64,000 nucleotides of DNA. Source: Callorhinchus milii. Taxonomy: Eukaryota. A model generated the notes under the pieces. The model was not told the origin of the DNA. It saw only the letters and a list, made by a program, of their open reading frames with translations, and did not search any database. The translations under genes were made by a program, and so were the position numbers. Positions 62,129 through 64,000 of the stretch are shown here, one piece after another. The stretch is taken from NCBI RefSeq assembly GCF_018977255.1, contig NW_024704743.1, positions 25,546,001-25,610,000 on the forward strand, written 5' to 3'. Position 1 is the stretch's first letter. Each line of letters begins with the position of its first letter.

Positions 62129-63044
62129 GAATAACCGTTTTTATTTGGGGATTGTTGACCAGGACACCAGGAGAAATTCCTTTCTCTTTTTAATAGTACC
62201 ATGGGCTCCTTAATGTCCATCTCGACGGACCTAGGTTTAGCACCTCATCCGAAGAACAGCACACCCCCAGCACAGGTGCAATATCCGATGTGGGGCTTGA
62301 ACCCATAACCAGAGGCGAGAGTACAGAGCTACAAACTGAGCCAGGTTGCTGCAGCACACTTCAGAACTTTTCCTCCCCTCTATCCCTGTCAAATTACTTC
62401 ACTCCCTTTGTCATTTATTACTTCTCAGCCACTCTTGCTTAATTTTGCTTGTGCTCACTGTAATCCACACCCATTGCCACGGTATTGTCCTTCAGCTACT
62501 TTTCCACTGCGTCAAAGTCCAACTCTGCGAGACTGTTTGTCTCCATTGACCCTGGTTATACTTTTAATCCCCCTCACTCCTCCCTTCGTTCGCCCACATC
62601 AGTTGTTAAAAGTGATTCACAGGAGTCTCTGGAAATGTAGTGACTGTTTTGTTTGTAAGCAGATGCGAGAATTATTAAAGAATAACAACTTGTTTCGAGA
62701 CACTGCCCCAAAGGTAGAGAAGACATATTTTGCAGAAGTTTAGGATTCTTTTTAAATTTTGAATAAAGCTCGGATTTTTCATGTAATCTACGGGTACCTT
62801 CATCTTTTTATCGAAGAGAGAGTTTCATACTCAAGATCCTTTTGTGAAGAAAATCAGTTGTACCGAATTATAATAAACTCCTCTCTTGTGCCAGTTATTT
62901 CGGAATTTTTTTTTAAATTGGGCTTTCAAATTTGTTTTGGTAAAATCCATAACTCACAAGTCTTCTTCCCAGAAGGGATATTATTCTCTCAGCGGCTACC
63001 TCCCAGTTCTTACTTGAAAAGAAGTTCAGGGAGGTCAAGAGGAA

Positions 63045-63155
63045 TTTGTTGACTCATCAACGATCATGTTAAAACAATGTGAGGCAGCATTAAATAAGGC
63101 AAACAGGATGCTGGGCTATCTTGCCAAATCAGTTAAATTCACATCCCCATAAGTC
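63045..63155 (+). mobile_element. CR1 RT fragment
   Basis: Encodes KQCEAALNKANRMLGYLAK. Confidence 0.7.
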
Positions 63156-64000
63156 TTGAAACAATGGTTCTGATTTGTGGTGTTTCTTAATCGGATTCCA
63201 TGAAGCTTAGCTCATCCCTGACCAGGAATCAAGGCGACCATGGTGGTAGATATCTTATCTTGCTGTGTCCAGTGCTGCTGTCTCTGGAAGTGAGATGAAG
63301 ATGAAGCAATGATAATGCCTGAAGCACAGACAACATTCAAAAAGAAAAGAGAGTTTATCCCGGTTTTCTGGCCAACAATCCCACAAATAAATTTGGTCAT
63401 TCACTCCGTTGCTGTTTGTGGGACGTTGCTATGTGAAGTCAATATCCTGTGAAGTGTTTTGAGACCTCCCCCTGACATGAAAAGGCACAGTGTCAATTGC
63501 AAGGATTTGTTTGTTCATCTGCTTGGATATTTATTTAAAACATTAAATATGTCCACTGACAACAAATAGCTCAGTTTGGACGGGCAGTCTGTTTGCAGAC
63601 CTATACATTCTTTTGCATTTGGCGATTTTTCCTGTGATGTTTTTTACACTGAGTGTAGGTTTGGTGATTCAGAAAATGAAAGTCGGAGAAATTAAGAGAG
63701 TGACTCGATGAAATGCTCAAACTTCCTCCCCTGAATGAAGATGGAATATGGAAACTGATTACTGCATAGTATGTTCAAGGATCCAAACTACCAAAAAAAA
63801 ACTCTTTAAACTTGTGTAGCACATTCTGTGTAACCTAAGAAATTATATGTAGAGTAATATTCCAGAACATTTATAGGAACCTACAGAACTAGAAAACTAT
63901 TGCGGTCATCTGGCTATTCATGGAAACCAGACGCTTCTTGATATCTCATATAGCTCAATCGATTTCTTTGGCAAGTGGCTATGTAATTTCCTCTTGAATT

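Noticed and set aside
33800..64000. Search for KCC exon 2 (GDG.P.E.SPF-like) or an MPTNFTVV-type alternative exon 1
   Set aside because: Not found by eye. It probably lies beyond the window, though a short exon could have been missed.

Overview
Vertebrate genomic DNA, most likely from a cartilaginous fish (holocephalan-like). This is inferred from the repeat landscape: dense L2 and CR1 LINEs, a tRNA-headed SINE with a (TTA)n tail, Deu-domain SINEs, and Penelope, Tx1 and Gypsy relics. Two genes lie head-to-head about 21 kb apart, each behind a GC-rich promoter region. On the minus strand, nine coding exons of ANKS6 (10685 down to 631) have GT-AG boundaries and consistent phases, and the gene continues beyond the left edge. 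On the plus strand is one probable first coding exon (32101-32242) of a K-Cl cotransporter, most likely SLC12A7/KCC4, with an N-terminal RFxV motif; I found no exon 2, so the remaining ~32 kb appears intronic. I did not find a clearly novel biological system. The most interesting observations are: (1) the first ANKS6 coding exon spans what I recall as two exons in human; (2) directional AT-to-GC substitution in repeats and coding sequence at both promoters; (3) a chain of TGATG-overlapping uORFs before the ANKS6 start; (4) a hammerhead-ribozyme core in a Penelope remnant; (5) nested retroelement insertions with readable target-site duplications; (6) unclassified local repeats at 50-63 kb.
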